Of a stretch of 64,000 nucleotides of DNA, positions 36,881-45,916 are shown in pieces; the first letter of the stretch is position 1, and the number at the start of each line of letters is the position of its first letter. The position numbers and the translations under genes are program-made. Source of the DNA: Thermoanaerobaculia bacterium (lineage in GTDB: Bacteria > Acidobacteriota > Thermoanaerobaculia > Multivoradales > UBA5704); NCBI GenBank assembly GCA_035556715.1, contig DATMER010000055.1, positions 554 to 64,553 of the forward strand, given 5' to 3'. Under the pieces are notes generated by a model. It was not told where the DNA came from. It was given only the letters and a program-made list of their open reading frames with translations, and did no database searches.

Positions 36881-37105
36881 CGGAGAGCCTCTCAGCCACG
36901 CTGAGAGGCTCTATCTGGTGTGGAGAGCCTGTTTATCCCACGGATAGTCTCTCCACAGCGCTGAGAGCCTCTTCATCCGCGTGGATAGCCTGTTTTTCTG
37001 GCGGATAGCCTCTCAGCCGGCGCGGAGAGACTGAATTTGGCGCGGAGAGGCTGTTTTTCCCACGGATAGCCTCTCCGTGGCGCTGGAAGCCTCTATTTGG
37101 CCTGG
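36881..37105. repeat. Array A: ~11 degenerate tandem units of 19-22 bp (GGA[G/T]AGCCT...)
   Basis: Units start at 36881, 36901, 36922, 36942, 36961, 36983, 37003, 37024, 37044, 37064 and 37085. Adjacent units are partly inverted, e.g. GAGCCTCTCAG-N5-CTGAGAGGCTC at 36885-36911. The array lies between the vapC stop and the secreted S8 peptidase gene. Confidence 0.8.
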
Positions 37106-37195
37106 CTCGCCCCCAACCTCCGTCCGCACCCTGTCTTTCAGAGATGTCCGAAGTCCGCTTCTCTGATACGAACTTTTCCGCGGTACGGAGGAATC

Positions 37196-39931
37196 ATGAA
37201 GACGAGAGTGCTGTGCGGGTGGAGCGTTGCCGTCCTGCTCCTGGGCTCGAGCCTGGTCCAGGCGCAGCCGAAAGCGGCGGATGAGTCGAGGCTGATCCTC
37301 CTCAACTCCCATATCATCGACACGAGCCGGCCCAGGCCAGCCACCCTGGCGATCCCGGAGGCCCTGCGGCTCCCCGGTGATGATCCCAAAGCCGACGAGA
37401 TCGTTCTCCTCAAGTTCCCGCGCCCGATCACCGCTCAACAAGAAAAGGCCCTGCGCGCGGCGAGCCTTCAGGTCTACGCCTACCTCCCGCACTACGCCTT
37501 CCTCGTGAAAATGGCCCCGGGAGGGCAGCAGAAGGCCAGGGCCCTCGGCGCGAGTTGGACCGGCCCCTATCACCCCTACTACAAGATGTCGCGGCCGGTC
37601 TCCGAGATCCCGGAGCTCGACTTCGCCCTCGATGCCTCGGGAGACGAAGAGCAGCCGCGGATCGTCATGCTTCAGGTCTTCCCGGATGCCGACGTGCGCG
37701 AGGTCGTCAGCCAGATCCGGGACGAGCTGGGCGTGCCCGGCGTGGTGGGCTGGGGCCGCGGCCAGCGATTCTCCCGCGTGCGGCTGCTGCTCACACCATC
37801 CGAAATTGCAAAGCACCGCGTGGCCCTCGCCCAGCTCGGCGAGGTGTTTTGGATCGACGTGGAGCCGCGGCGGGTCCTGCTCAACGACACCACGATCTGG
37901 GTTGGACAGTCGGGCCTGAGCGGCAGCCAGACCACCCCGATTTTCAGCCAGGGGATCTTCGGCGAGGGGCAGACGGTCGCCGTCCTCGACACGGGCATCG
38001 ATCCCGACATGTGCTTCTTCCGGGACACCGGACTGGGCCTGCCTCCCACCAACGCCTGCAACGGCGGCACGGTTGCCAATCAAAGCCAGCGCAAGGTGGT
38101 GGCGGTGAACTTCCTTGCGTCGGGCGAGTGCAGCGGCGGCATCGCCAACAACGAGTGGGACACGCACGACCACGGCTCGCACGTGGCCGGCACCGTGGCC
38201 GGCGACAACTTCACCAACCTGCTCCTCCATAACACCGCAGACGGCATGGCTCCCGGCGCCAAGCTGGTCATCCAGGACGGCGGCTTCCAGACGGACAACT
38301 GCGGCGACCTCCCCGGCATCGGTTGCCCGGTGGTGGACCTGAACCCGATCTTCCAGCAGGCCTACACCCAGGGCGCGCGCATCCACACGAACTCCTGGGG
38401 CGACAACGAGAACTCCGGGGTCCAGAACAACTACTCGTCAGGCAGCCAGGACGTGGACGAGTTCATGTGGAACCACAAGGATTTCCTGATCTTCTTCGCG
38501 GCGGGCAACTCGGGGCCGGGCACCAGCACGGTGGGCAGCCCATCGACCGCGAAGAGCGGCGTGTCCGTGGGCGCCACCCTGCGCGGCACGAGCGCCAACA
38601 GCATGGCCTCGTTCTCCAGCTGCGGCCCGACGCTTGACGGCCGCATCAAGCCGGACATCACGGTGCCGGGCTCGAGCATCGTCTCGGCCAACAACGACAT
38701 CAACGTCACCACGAACAACTGCGGCACGATCTCGATGAGCGGCACCAGCATGGCCACGCCGGGCGCCGCGGGCCTGACCGCCCTGATCCGCCAGTACTAC
38801 ACGGACGGGTGGTACCCCACGGGCAGCGAGAATTCGGCGAACGGCTTCACCCCGTCGGCAGCGCTGCTCAAGGCCACGCTGGTCAACTCGGCGGTGAGCA
38901 TGACCGGCACGACCGTGATCCCGGCCAACTGCCAGGGCTGGGGCCGGGTGCTGCTGGACAATGCCCTCTTCTTCACCGGCCAGGCGCGGGAGCTCTGGGT
39001 GCGGGACGACAATACCGGCTTCCCCACCGGCTCGACCAGTGCGCAGACCTTCACGTTCACGGTGGGCAGCGGCGAGCCGTTCAAGGCGACGCTCGCCTGG
39101 ACCGACTTCCCCTCGACCCCGGCCGCGAGCGTGAACCTGGTGAACGACCTGGACCTGACCGTCACCGGCCCGACCAGCACGATCTGGCGCGGCAATGTGT
39201 TTGCGAGCGGCCAGTCGGCCACCGGCGGCAGCTCGGACCGGCGCAACACCCTGGAGCAGGTGCTCCTGAACGTCCCGGCCGCGGGGACCTACACCGTCGA
39301 GGTCCGCGCCTTCAACGTGCCGAGCGGTCCGCAGCCCTTCGCTCTGGTGGTGACCGGCGATGTGGCCGCGGGCGGAGGCGGCAATCCCCCGGTGACAGTC
39401 TTCTCCGACACCTTCGAGACGAACCTGGGATGGACGGTGAACCCGCTCGGCACGGACACGGCCACGCTCGGCCTGTGGGAGCGGGGCGACCCGGCGGCCA
39501 CGAATTCGAGCGGCGCCAAGCAACTCGGCACGACTGTGAGCGGAGTCAACGACCTGGTGACCGGCCGTCTCGCCGGAGCCGCGGCGGGCGACCATGACGT
39601 GGACGGCGGCCTGACCACGATCCAGTCGCCGGCCATCGCGCTGCCTTCGACGGGCACTCTGACCCTGTCCTTCTCCTTCTACATGGCGCACGGCACCAAC
39701 TCCTCGACCGCGGACTCCTTCCGGGTGAGAGTGGTGGGCTCGACGACCTCGCTGGTCTTCGAGGAGCTGGGCGCGGCCAACGACGACGACGCGGTCTGGG
39801 AGTCCCGCTCGATCAACATCAGCTCGTTCGCGGGGCAGACGGTGCGCATCCGCATCGAGGCGGCGGACGCCAGCACCGCCAGTCTGGTGGAGGCGGCGGT
39901 GGATGATGTGAGGATCGTGCAACAGCCGTAG
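37196..39931 (+). CDS. Secreted S8 (subtilisin/kexin-like) peptidase with C-terminal jelly-roll-like domains
   Basis: GGAGGA RBS and signal peptide MKTRVLCGWSVAVLLLGSSLVQA, followed by an I9-like propeptide. Triad motifs are VAVLDTGID, HDHGSHVAGTVAG and SGTSMATPGAAG, plus AAGNSGPG. Confidence 0.93.
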   Translation: MKTRVLCGWSVAVLLLGSSLVQAQPKAADESRLILLNSHIIDTSRPRPATLAIPEALRLPGDDPKADEIVLLKFPRPITAQQEKALRAASLQVYAYLPHYAFLVKMAPGGQQKARALGASWTGPYHPYYKMSRPVSEIPELDFALDASGDEEQPRIVMLQVFPDADVREVVSQIRDELGVPGVVGWGRGQRFSRVRLLLTPSEIAKHRVALAQLGEVFWIDVEPRRVLLNDTTIWVGQSGLSGSQTTPIFSQGIFGEGQTVAVLDTGIDPDMCFFRDTGLGLPPTNACNGGTVANQSQRKVVAVNFLASGECSGGIANNEWDTHDHGSHVAGTVAGDNFTNLLLHNTADGMAPGAKLVIQDGGFQTDNCGDLPGIGCPVVDLNPIFQQAYTQGARIHTNSWGDNENSGVQNNYSSGSQDVDEFMWNHKDFLIFFAAGNSGPGTSTVGSPSTAKSGVSVGATLRGTSANSMASFSSCGPTLDGRIKPDITVPGSSIVSANNDINVTTNNCGTISMSGTSMATPGAAGLTALIRQYYTDGWYPTGSENSANGFTPSAALLKATLVNSAVSMTGTTVIPANCQGWGRVLLDNALFFTGQARELWVRDDNTGFPTGSTSAQTFTFTVGSGEPFKATLAWTDFPSTPAASVNLVNDLDLTVTGPTSTIWRGNVFASGQSATGGSSDRRNTLEQVLLNVPAAGTYTVEVRAFNVPSGPQPFALVVTGDVAAGGGGNPPVTVFSDTFETNLGWTVNPLGTDTATLGLWERGDPAATNSSGAKQLGTTVSGVNDLVTGRLAGAAAGDHDVDGGLTTIQSPAIALPSTGTLTLSFSFYMAHGTNSSTADSFRVRVVGSTTSLVFEELGAANDDDAVWESRSINISSFAGQTVRIRIEAADASTASLVEAAVDDVRIVQQP

Positions 39932-39946
39932 GCTTTCTTCCTTGGT

Positions 39947-39970
39947 GCGGGACGGGCTCTCCCGTCCCGC
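39947..39970 (+). terminator. Hairpin after the S8 peptidase gene (candidate intrinsic terminator)
   Basis: GCGGGACGGG, loop CTCT, then CCCGTCCCGC, a 10-bp perfect stem 16 nt after the stop. There is no clear U-tract. Confidence 0.5.
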
Positions 39971-40007
39971 GCACCTGCTGCTATCCTACGGGCCGAGCGC
40001 CTGACAA

Positions 40008-43000
40008 ATGACGATCGGCCCCGACCGGATCGATACCTCGAACCTCTTCCCCCTGGCCGAGTTCCTGACCTCGCTGTCGGATCTCGGCATCCGGGGCACG
40101 CTGGACGACTACCGGCGCATCGACCTGGCGTTGCGGGCGGGGGGGCCCTGGACGGTGTCCCAGTTCCGGGAGGTGCTGTCGTCCCTCCTGGTGCGGGACC
40201 GGGAGCAGGGGGTGGAGTTCCGGCGGCGGTTCAACGACTTCTTCTCGCTCCCTGGCCAGGATCAGGCCCGGTTCTCCGGCGTGGACCTGGAGCGGGCGCT
40301 GCCAGAGCTCCGGGGGCTGACCCCTGAGCCGAGGCTCCGGGCGATCCGGTTGCCGGACCTCTGGAAACCGCCTGAACGGAAGCGGGCCGCGCCCCGGAGG
40401 TGGCGGCGGTGGAGCTCCCTGGCGGCGCTCGTCCTCGCGGGCGCGCTCGGGTTGCAGGAGGGGCGCCCGCCGGTACCCGAGGACGCGCCGGTCGCGCAGC
40501 AGGCACGGGTCCAGGATGTCCCAAACCCGGCGACCCGGACCTATCCCCACGCACCCGTCCTGGTCCTGAAGGAAGTTCTTCCCACAGAAAGACCTCCCGC
40601 CTGGCCCGACCTCCGCCTGCTGGGCATCGCGGCCCTGGCCTATGGCTGGTGGCTCTGGAAGTGGCTCGCCGCGACGAGAGGGGGTCCGGACCCCGGAAAG
40701 ATCGACGACTCCCGGCCCCGGCTCTTCCGGCCGGAAAGCATCGGCGGGGCTCCGGCCCCACGGCTCGACCGGCAAACCCTGGACCGGCTGGCGGACTCGC
40801 TGGGATATTTCCGAAGCGAGGAGACCGGGCAGGACCTCGACGTTCCGGCTTCGGTCGAAATGACCGTCCGAAACGGCGGCATTCCGACTCCGGTCTTCGA
40901 GCTGCGGAAGCGGGTGCGGAGCCTCCTGGTTCTGGAGGACCTCCAGGCCGAGGCGCGGGCCTGGAATCCGATCGCCCGGGAGCTGGCGCTGGGGCTCGAC
41001 CGGAGAGGGATCTCCGTGGTGTACGGGACCTTCGCGGGGATACCGGACCGGTTCCGCACCGCGGACGGCCTGGACCGGCGCATCGAGGACCTGGAGGACG
41101 AGCGGCACGGCTACCTGGTGCTGATCTTCAGCGACGGCAAGGGCTTGCGTCCGGCGGAGGTCACCTTCGTCCTGGAGCGTCTTGCCCGCTGGCCGCAGGT
41201 GGCCTGGATGCAACTCCAGGAGCGGAGGGGCTGGGATTGGATCGCGGCGCGGCCAGCAGTCCACGGCCTGTCCGTGTTTCCGGCCGATCGGGAGGGCCTG
41301 CTGAGCGCCCTGGCTACTTTCACCACGGAACGGGCTCCTCTGAAGGCTCCCCGGGACCCGGAAAGCTGGCGAGGTCTCCCCCCTTTGCCCGTACAAGGGA
41401 GCCTGGAAGAGCACGTCAAGGGGATCCTGAGGGACAGCCTGCTTTGGGCCCAGGGCTGCGCCATGGCGCAGCCCCCCATCGGTCTGGGGTTGGCCGATCG
41501 CCTTCGCGAACGGTTCCATCCCTGGCTGCCGCCGGAGCGCGTCGAACGCCTTCTCGCGCTGCCGGGCAGCCGCCTGATCACGGGAGGGCTGAGGTTCGGG
41601 GACCCGGTGCTGGCCGTGCTCCGGGAGGGCTTCGTCACAGGGCGCGGCGAGGCCGAACAGGAGGCGGTCCTGGGCTTCCTCCTGGAGCAGACCCGCCTGG
41701 CGGAGCCCGACGATCCGGAGAGCCTGGCGCACCAGGCGTGGGAGTGGCGGCTGGAGCGGACGCGGTTGGAGCTCGAGCCGGAGCCGGCCGTGAAGCGCCT
41801 GGCGGTCCTTTCCCGGGGTCCGTTGGGCGAGTCCATCCGGGCCGACCTGGCCAGGGTGCAGGGTTCAGGTCCCGGGCCGAGGCGGCTCCCCCTGCGCGCT
41901 CAGCCCGGTCCGCAGGCCGCGGATCAGCTCGCCGCCATCGTGGAGGGCCGGGAGGTCTACCGGCCCGGTCTCTGGCCCGAGGCGGGGCTCGCCATCGCAG
42001 CCGTCGCGCTCCTGGCGCTCTCACTGTGGCGGATCGGCTCCTCCGATCCGGAGCAATTTGGGATGCAAGTCCAGTGGAGCGGACTGAAGGTCAACCAGAG
42101 CGCGGCCGTGAGGATCGAGCGTCGTGAGGGAGCGCGGTGGAGGCGCGTAATGGGCACGGAAAATGGGGGAGTGAGCTTAATCAGTGACAGCGAGTCCTCC
42201 GAGTATCGTGCCGTCGCCCTCATAGATGGGCTTACCGCTCCCCCCCTTCTCCTGGGAGGAACCTCCGGGACTTTCGAGATCGAGCTGAAGGTGGAGGCGC
42301 GAGAGATACCTTGCCGCGAGGAACACCCGGAGATCGGGTTGGTTGTGGATCGATGCGCGTCACCGCTGATCCATTCGGGCACACACTCTCCCCCTTCGGA
42401 AAGGAGATGGCCGGCAAGGATCGGCATCGAGATCGGAAACCGGATCACGGGCATCGGGACCGCAGACAGCCTTCTAGCTTTAAGTGAGGTCGACGTCGTT
42501 TATCGTCTGGATCCCGGACTTGGCCAATCTGACCGGACCATGAATTGGATCCGGGATGCATGGGGCTCTTGGGGCGATCGCGTCCATGTTCGATCCTGGA
42601 CGGTAAGTGAAGTCTCAACGGAAACCTTCTGGCTCGTGCATGCTTCCGACGAAGTTTCCCTTGACCGCTGGTCTCCCCCGACACGCTCGCAGCTTCAGTT
42701 TGCGTGGAGTCGCGGGATCGGGCCGACCCCGACGATACAGGAAAGCCCAGGTCGGGACGGAGCTGCCTCGATGGTCGCTTCGGAAGCGGATGGCCTGGCG
42801 AGGAACCCGGACACGTCCAGCCCGGTCCAGTCGACGGCCGAAAGCGTGAGGAGCCTGGAGGAAGAGGTCATCAGGGACCTGGAGTCAGCGCCGGCAGGCG
42901 ACCGGCGATCCGAGCTCAATCCCACGGTTCCCGGCCCGTCACCCTGTCCGGACCCGCAGCTCACCCTTTGCGGAAACGCCTGTGTGGACTTGAACACCCA

Positions 43001-43490
43001 TCCGTTTCACTCCGGGAGCTGCTTCCAGATCGCCCTAAGCCTGACCCGGACCGCCGCCGAGGGGGTGGACGAGCCGCCGGCGTGGACCGATGAAGGGATC
43101 CAGCCCCGGCGCTACTACCGTCTGTTCTATGCTTGGAACGAATCGAAGACCGCTGTCGTCGTCCGCAGCCTGCCCGCTCGGAGCCGGTGGGACCGGGGCG
43201 AGGCTCCCGGCTCGGTGGAGCTGACGCTGAGCGCGGAGGCGGTCGTCCGGCCGGGGTACACGCTGGCGGTCACCGACCTGGAGGTCCACTGCTCTGGTCC
43301 AGCACGGGTCGCGGGCTTCAACGGCACGTCGAGGAAGATGTACGAGAAGCTCAGCACTCAATCCACCTGGAGACCCTTCGGAGGGCAGCCCTGGCGCGGT
43401 CCGGCCGAGATGTCCATCCATAGCGGCCTGGCCCGGACCCTGGGCCCCGCCCTCACCCCTTGGGAGGAGCTGTGCGCCCGGCAACGTTGA
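40008..43490 (+). CDS. 3-TM membrane protein with CoxE-type vWA domain (MIDAS degenerate) and large C-terminal extracytoplasmic region
   Basis: 1160-aa ORF. The N-terminus (FLTSLSDLGIRGTLDDYRRIDLAL...LLVRDREQGVEFRRRFNDFF) parallels the CoxE-vWA paralogue at 27473. DLDVPASVEMTVRNGGIPTPVFELRKRVRSLLVLEDLQAE aligns by eye with ELDLDETIYQSARNGGEIDLVFRRGLLDRIEVVLLIDNGGSS. Hydrophobic helices lie at about aa 135-150, 203-222 and 658-676. Confidence 0.85.
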   Translation: MTIGPDRIDTSNLFPLAEFLTSLSDLGIRGTLDDYRRIDLALRAGGPWTVSQFREVLSSLLVRDREQGVEFRRRFNDFFSLPGQDQARFSGVDLERALPELRGLTPEPRLRAIRLPDLWKPPERKRAAPRRWRRWSSLAALVLAGALGLQEGRPPVPEDAPVAQQARVQDVPNPATRTYPHAPVLVLKEVLPTERPPAWPDLRLLGIAALAYGWWLWKWLAATRGGPDPGKIDDSRPRLFRPESIGGAPAPRLDRQTLDRLADSLGYFRSEETGQDLDVPASVEMTVRNGGIPTPVFELRKRVRSLLVLEDLQAEARAWNPIARELALGLDRRGISVVYGTFAGIPDRFRTADGLDRRIEDLEDERHGYLVLIFSDGKGLRPAEVTFVLERLARWPQVAWMQLQERRGWDWIAARPAVHGLSVFPADREGLLSALATFTTERAPLKAPRDPESWRGLPPLPVQGSLEEHVKGILRDSLLWAQGCAMAQPPIGLGLADRLRERFHPWLPPERVERLLALPGSRLITGGLRFGDPVLAVLREGFVTGRGEAEQEAVLGFLLEQTRLAEPDDPESLAHQAWEWRLERTRLELEPEPAVKRLAVLSRGPLGESIRADLARVQGSGPGPRRLPLRAQPGPQAADQLAAIVEGREVYRPGLWPEAGLAIAAVALLALSLWRIGSSDPEQFGMQVQWSGLKVNQSAAVRIERREGARWRRVMGTENGGVSLISDSESSEYRAVALIDGLTAPPLLLGGTSGTFEIELKVEAREIPCREEHPEIGLVVDRCASPLIHSGTHSPPSERRWPARIGIEIGNRITGIGTADSLLALSEVDVVYRLDPGLGQSDRTMNWIRDAWGSWGDRVHVRSWTVSEVSTETFWLVHASDEVSLDRWSPPTRSQLQFAWSRGIGPTPTIQESPGRDGAASMVASEADGLARNPDTSSPVQSTAESVRSLEEEVIRDLESAPAGDRRSELNPTVPGPSPCPDPQLTLCGNACVDLNTHPFHSGSCFQIALSLTRTAAEGVDEPPAWTDEGIQPRRYYRLFYAWNESKTAVVVRSLPARSRWDRGEAPGSVELTLSAEAVVRPGYTLAVTDLEVHCSGPARVAGFNGTSRKMYEKLSTQSTWRPFGGQPWRGPAEMSIHSGLARTLGPALTPWEELCARQR

Positions 43491-45916
43491 GAAAGATCCT
43501 GCTGCCCCTGACCCTCACCCTGGCCTCCCTCCCCGCGGCCGGGCAGGACGCCGAAATCGACCGCCGGATCGCCAGCGCTCAGGGGTGGGATGTGGTCGAA
43601 ATGGCGGCCTTCCCTGAGGTCCTGGTGGTGCGCCAGGGTGCCGCCGTCTACGGCCTGGACCCGTATAGCCTGCAGCAGCTCTGGGTTTTCCAGGGCACGG
43701 AGCTCGTGAACGGCCCGATCCTCCTCGGCGAACGGCTGTTCGTGATCGACAGGGAGATCAGGGAAAGCAGCTCCGGCTACGGGACCAGCCGGACCACGTA
43801 CCACAACGTCATCGAGCTCGACCCGGCCACAGGACGTCTCCGCTGGCAGAAGGAGTCCGCATCCTCGTCCGCCCGGGTGCTCTCCGCGTGCGAGAGGGTG
43901 GTCTTCCTCCTCGACAAGTTCATCCTATCCGTGTCCGGGGAGGCCCGGCCGGTCCGGGTCGCTCTGGTGAAACATCTCGGTCCCGACCTTGCGCGGGCCG
44001 TCTCTCCCGAGAGGATCTGGCTCGCCGGCGACCACTTGGTGGCGTGGGTGCCCGACCTTCGCCTCGCCGCCACCCTCCCGCTGGACGAGAGGGCCCGGCC
44101 ATGGCGGCGACCCTTCTCGGAGGGAGTCATGGATGTGGCGGGGTGCGGAGACGTGCAGGTCGTGACCACGGCCGGAGACACCCTCCTCGGCGTGGACGCA
44201 CGCACAGCGAAGACGATCTGGCAGCTCACCCGCCCCTGGGAAGACCGGCCCATCCTCCGGTTCCAACCCGGAGACTTCGTCCCCATGCCCGCAAAGCAGC
44301 GCCTGGAGGCCTACCGTTTCGTTCCGCTTGGCATTGGCAGCGATGCGCCCAAATGGCGGCTCGAGCTGGTTGAAGCTGAAGACGTTCCGGCGCACAGGCT
44401 GACCTGGATCGATCCGAAAGACGGGTCGATTCTTCCCTTTCCCCTGGAAGACGCTCTGACCGACGCCCGCGGGTTCCTCCAGGACGGGCATGAGCGTGCC
44501 GTGCTCTTTATGGGCAGCCGGCTGACCGTCCACAGCTTCGCGTCGGGAGCCAGGGAGTGGACCTACGACGCTGGAGAGCCGATCCGGCTCACGGCTCCGG
44601 CCGAAAGCTACGTGGCCCTTGTTACCGAGAGCGGGAGGCTCGACGTCCTGGGCCAGTCCCGGCCGCGGTCCCCCGAAGAGCAACCCCTCCCCGATGCGGG
44701 CGGGATCGACCTCTCCACGGATCCGGAGGACGCTGCCGTCTGGCTGGATGCCTCCTTCCTCGGCCGCGGCGGCCGGCGGATAGGGGACCTGAGCCCGGGG
44801 ACGCACCGGCTGCGGCTGGTCCATCCCGACCGCAAGAGGCTCGAAACGGTGGCGGAGGTGGCTCCCGGCCGGATCACGCCGCTCGTCCTCACCATGGAGA
44901 GCGGCGATCAGGGCACGGTCCTGATCGACTCCGACCCGGCCGGGGCGATCGTCTCTATCGACGGGGAAAAGGCCGGCAAGACCCCTTTCACTGACTACAA
45001 GTACCCGGCGGGCCAGAGCCTTCAGGTGACCGTGGAGAGAATGGGTTACTGGGATGTCCGGCAGATCCTGTCCGTCGGAGAGGAGGGTGCTACGCTCTCC
45101 GCCTCTCTCGAGCTGGCTCCTCCGCTCCTGAGTGTGTTCGGCATCGTGGGGAGGGCCGGAACAGGCCCGATCCGGGGGTGGAGGGAGACCGATATCCGGG
45201 AAGGGCAGGTAGCAGGAAGGCCCTATCGTCCGGCGGACGGCGATACATTCCTGAAGGGCACCTACTCTCTGGAGATCGGACCCCCTCGCTGGCGCTTCTT
45301 CGGCCGGGGCAACTTCTCCAGCCATGAGGACATTTTCTCCGAGTTCCAGGGCGGTGTCTGGCTCTCACTGAAGAAAGGGCTTCGAGTCGAAGCCGGAATC
45401 TCCTACCTCGCCATGGAAGGGGGCCTGGAGAGCTCGCCGCCCTCGCGCCGAGGGGAGGGCTTCGAGGGCACTCCGGACCGGGATGCTCCCCTTGAGGAAT
45501 GGGAGCATCCGGTCCCCGGCGTCTTCGTCAGGAACGACGCGCCCCGCTACTGGCTGGGACAGATCCGGCTCCGGCCGCGGGCGGGCCTCCTCGTGGAGCT
45601 TGGCGCCGGGCGCCCGCAGAATGCGAGGCTGAATGGCACCGCTCTCGTAGAGGATGCCTCCGGCCACCTCGTTCGGGACCCGGCCCGGTTCTACGACTTC
45701 CGCGCTCGTGGCGGCGAGATCCTGGACGCGCGGCTCCATCTGGCGTTGGGCACCTTCCGGATCTGGAAGCTCGCCCCCAGCACGGCGGTCGAGATCCACT
45801 ACCGGTTCCGCCGGACGGACTTCGGCGCCGTCGAAGAGAAGACCAGCGAGCTCACACTCGGGTTCGGGGTCCTCTTGTTTCGCAGCCAACCGTTGGATGT
45901 GTGGGGTCTGCGGTGA
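43460..45916 (+). CDS. Secreted PQQ-like beta-propeller + tandem PEGA domain protein with beta-rich C-terminus
   Basis: Signal-like LRKILLPLTLTLASLPAAGQD. BamB/PQQ-type blades include VYGLDPYSLQQLW, ELDPATGRLRWQ and GVDARTAKTIWQ. PEGA motifs are DAAVWLDASFLGRGG...GTHRLRL and GAIVSIDGEKAGKTPF. The start is TTG 43460 or GTG 43472, and the gene overlaps the upstream gene by about 20-30 nt. Confidence 0.85.
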   Translation: MGGAVRPATLRKILLPLTLTLASLPAAGQDAEIDRRIASAQGWDVVEMAAFPEVLVVRQGAAVYGLDPYSLQQLWVFQGTELVNGPILLGERLFVIDREIRESSSGYGTSRTTYHNVIELDPATGRLRWQKESASSSARVLSACERVVFLLDKFILSVSGEARPVRVALVKHLGPDLARAVSPERIWLAGDHLVAWVPDLRLAATLPLDERARPWRRPFSEGVMDVAGCGDVQVVTTAGDTLLGVDARTAKTIWQLTRPWEDRPILRFQPGDFVPMPAKQRLEAYRFVPLGIGSDAPKWRLELVEAEDVPAHRLTWIDPKDGSILPFPLEDALTDARGFLQDGHERAVLFMGSRLTVHSFASGAREWTYDAGEPIRLTAPAESYVALVTESGRLDVLGQSRPRSPEEQPLPDAGGIDLSTDPEDAAVWLDASFLGRGGRRIGDLSPGTHRLRLVHPDRKRLETVAEVAPGRITPLVLTMESGDQGTVLIDSDPAGAIVSIDGEKAGKTPFTDYKYPAGQSLQVTVERMGYWDVRQILSVGEEGATLSASLELAPPLLSVFGIVGRAGTGPIRGWRETDIREGQVAGRPYRPADGDTFLKGTYSLEIGPPRWRFFGRGNFSSHEDIFSEFQGGVWLSLKKGLRVEAGISYLAMEGGLESSPPSRRGEGFEGTPDRDAPLEEWEHPVPGVFVRNDAPRYWLGQIRLRPRAGLLVELGAGRPQNARLNGTALVEDASGHLVRDPARFYDFRARGGEILDARLHLALGTFRIWKLAPSTAVEIHYRFRRTDFGAVEEKTSELTLGFGVLLFRSQPLDVWGLR

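Noticed and set aside
39981-41732. 583-aa minus-strand ORF opposite the membrane vWA gene, plus similar long antisense ORFs at 38438..39922, 12616..13710, 13735..14994, 1276..2349, 8510..9613, 45799..47661 and 47727..48767
   Set aside because: Each overlaps a motif-supported gene on the other strand and has junk-like composition. I treated them as high-GC shadow ORFs.
45499-45912. Upstream extension of the CHAT-like gene (the track ORF starts at 45499); likewise 17636 for the ELWxxDGT gene, 37097 for the S8 gene, 29140 for the phosphoesterase gene, 22071 for the hydrolase gene and 11374 for the kinase-like gene
   Set aside because: The extensions overlap the preceding genes or intergenic sequence and translate to junk. 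Internal starts have an RBS and/or signal peptides, or overlap the upstream stop in a way typical of translational coupling.
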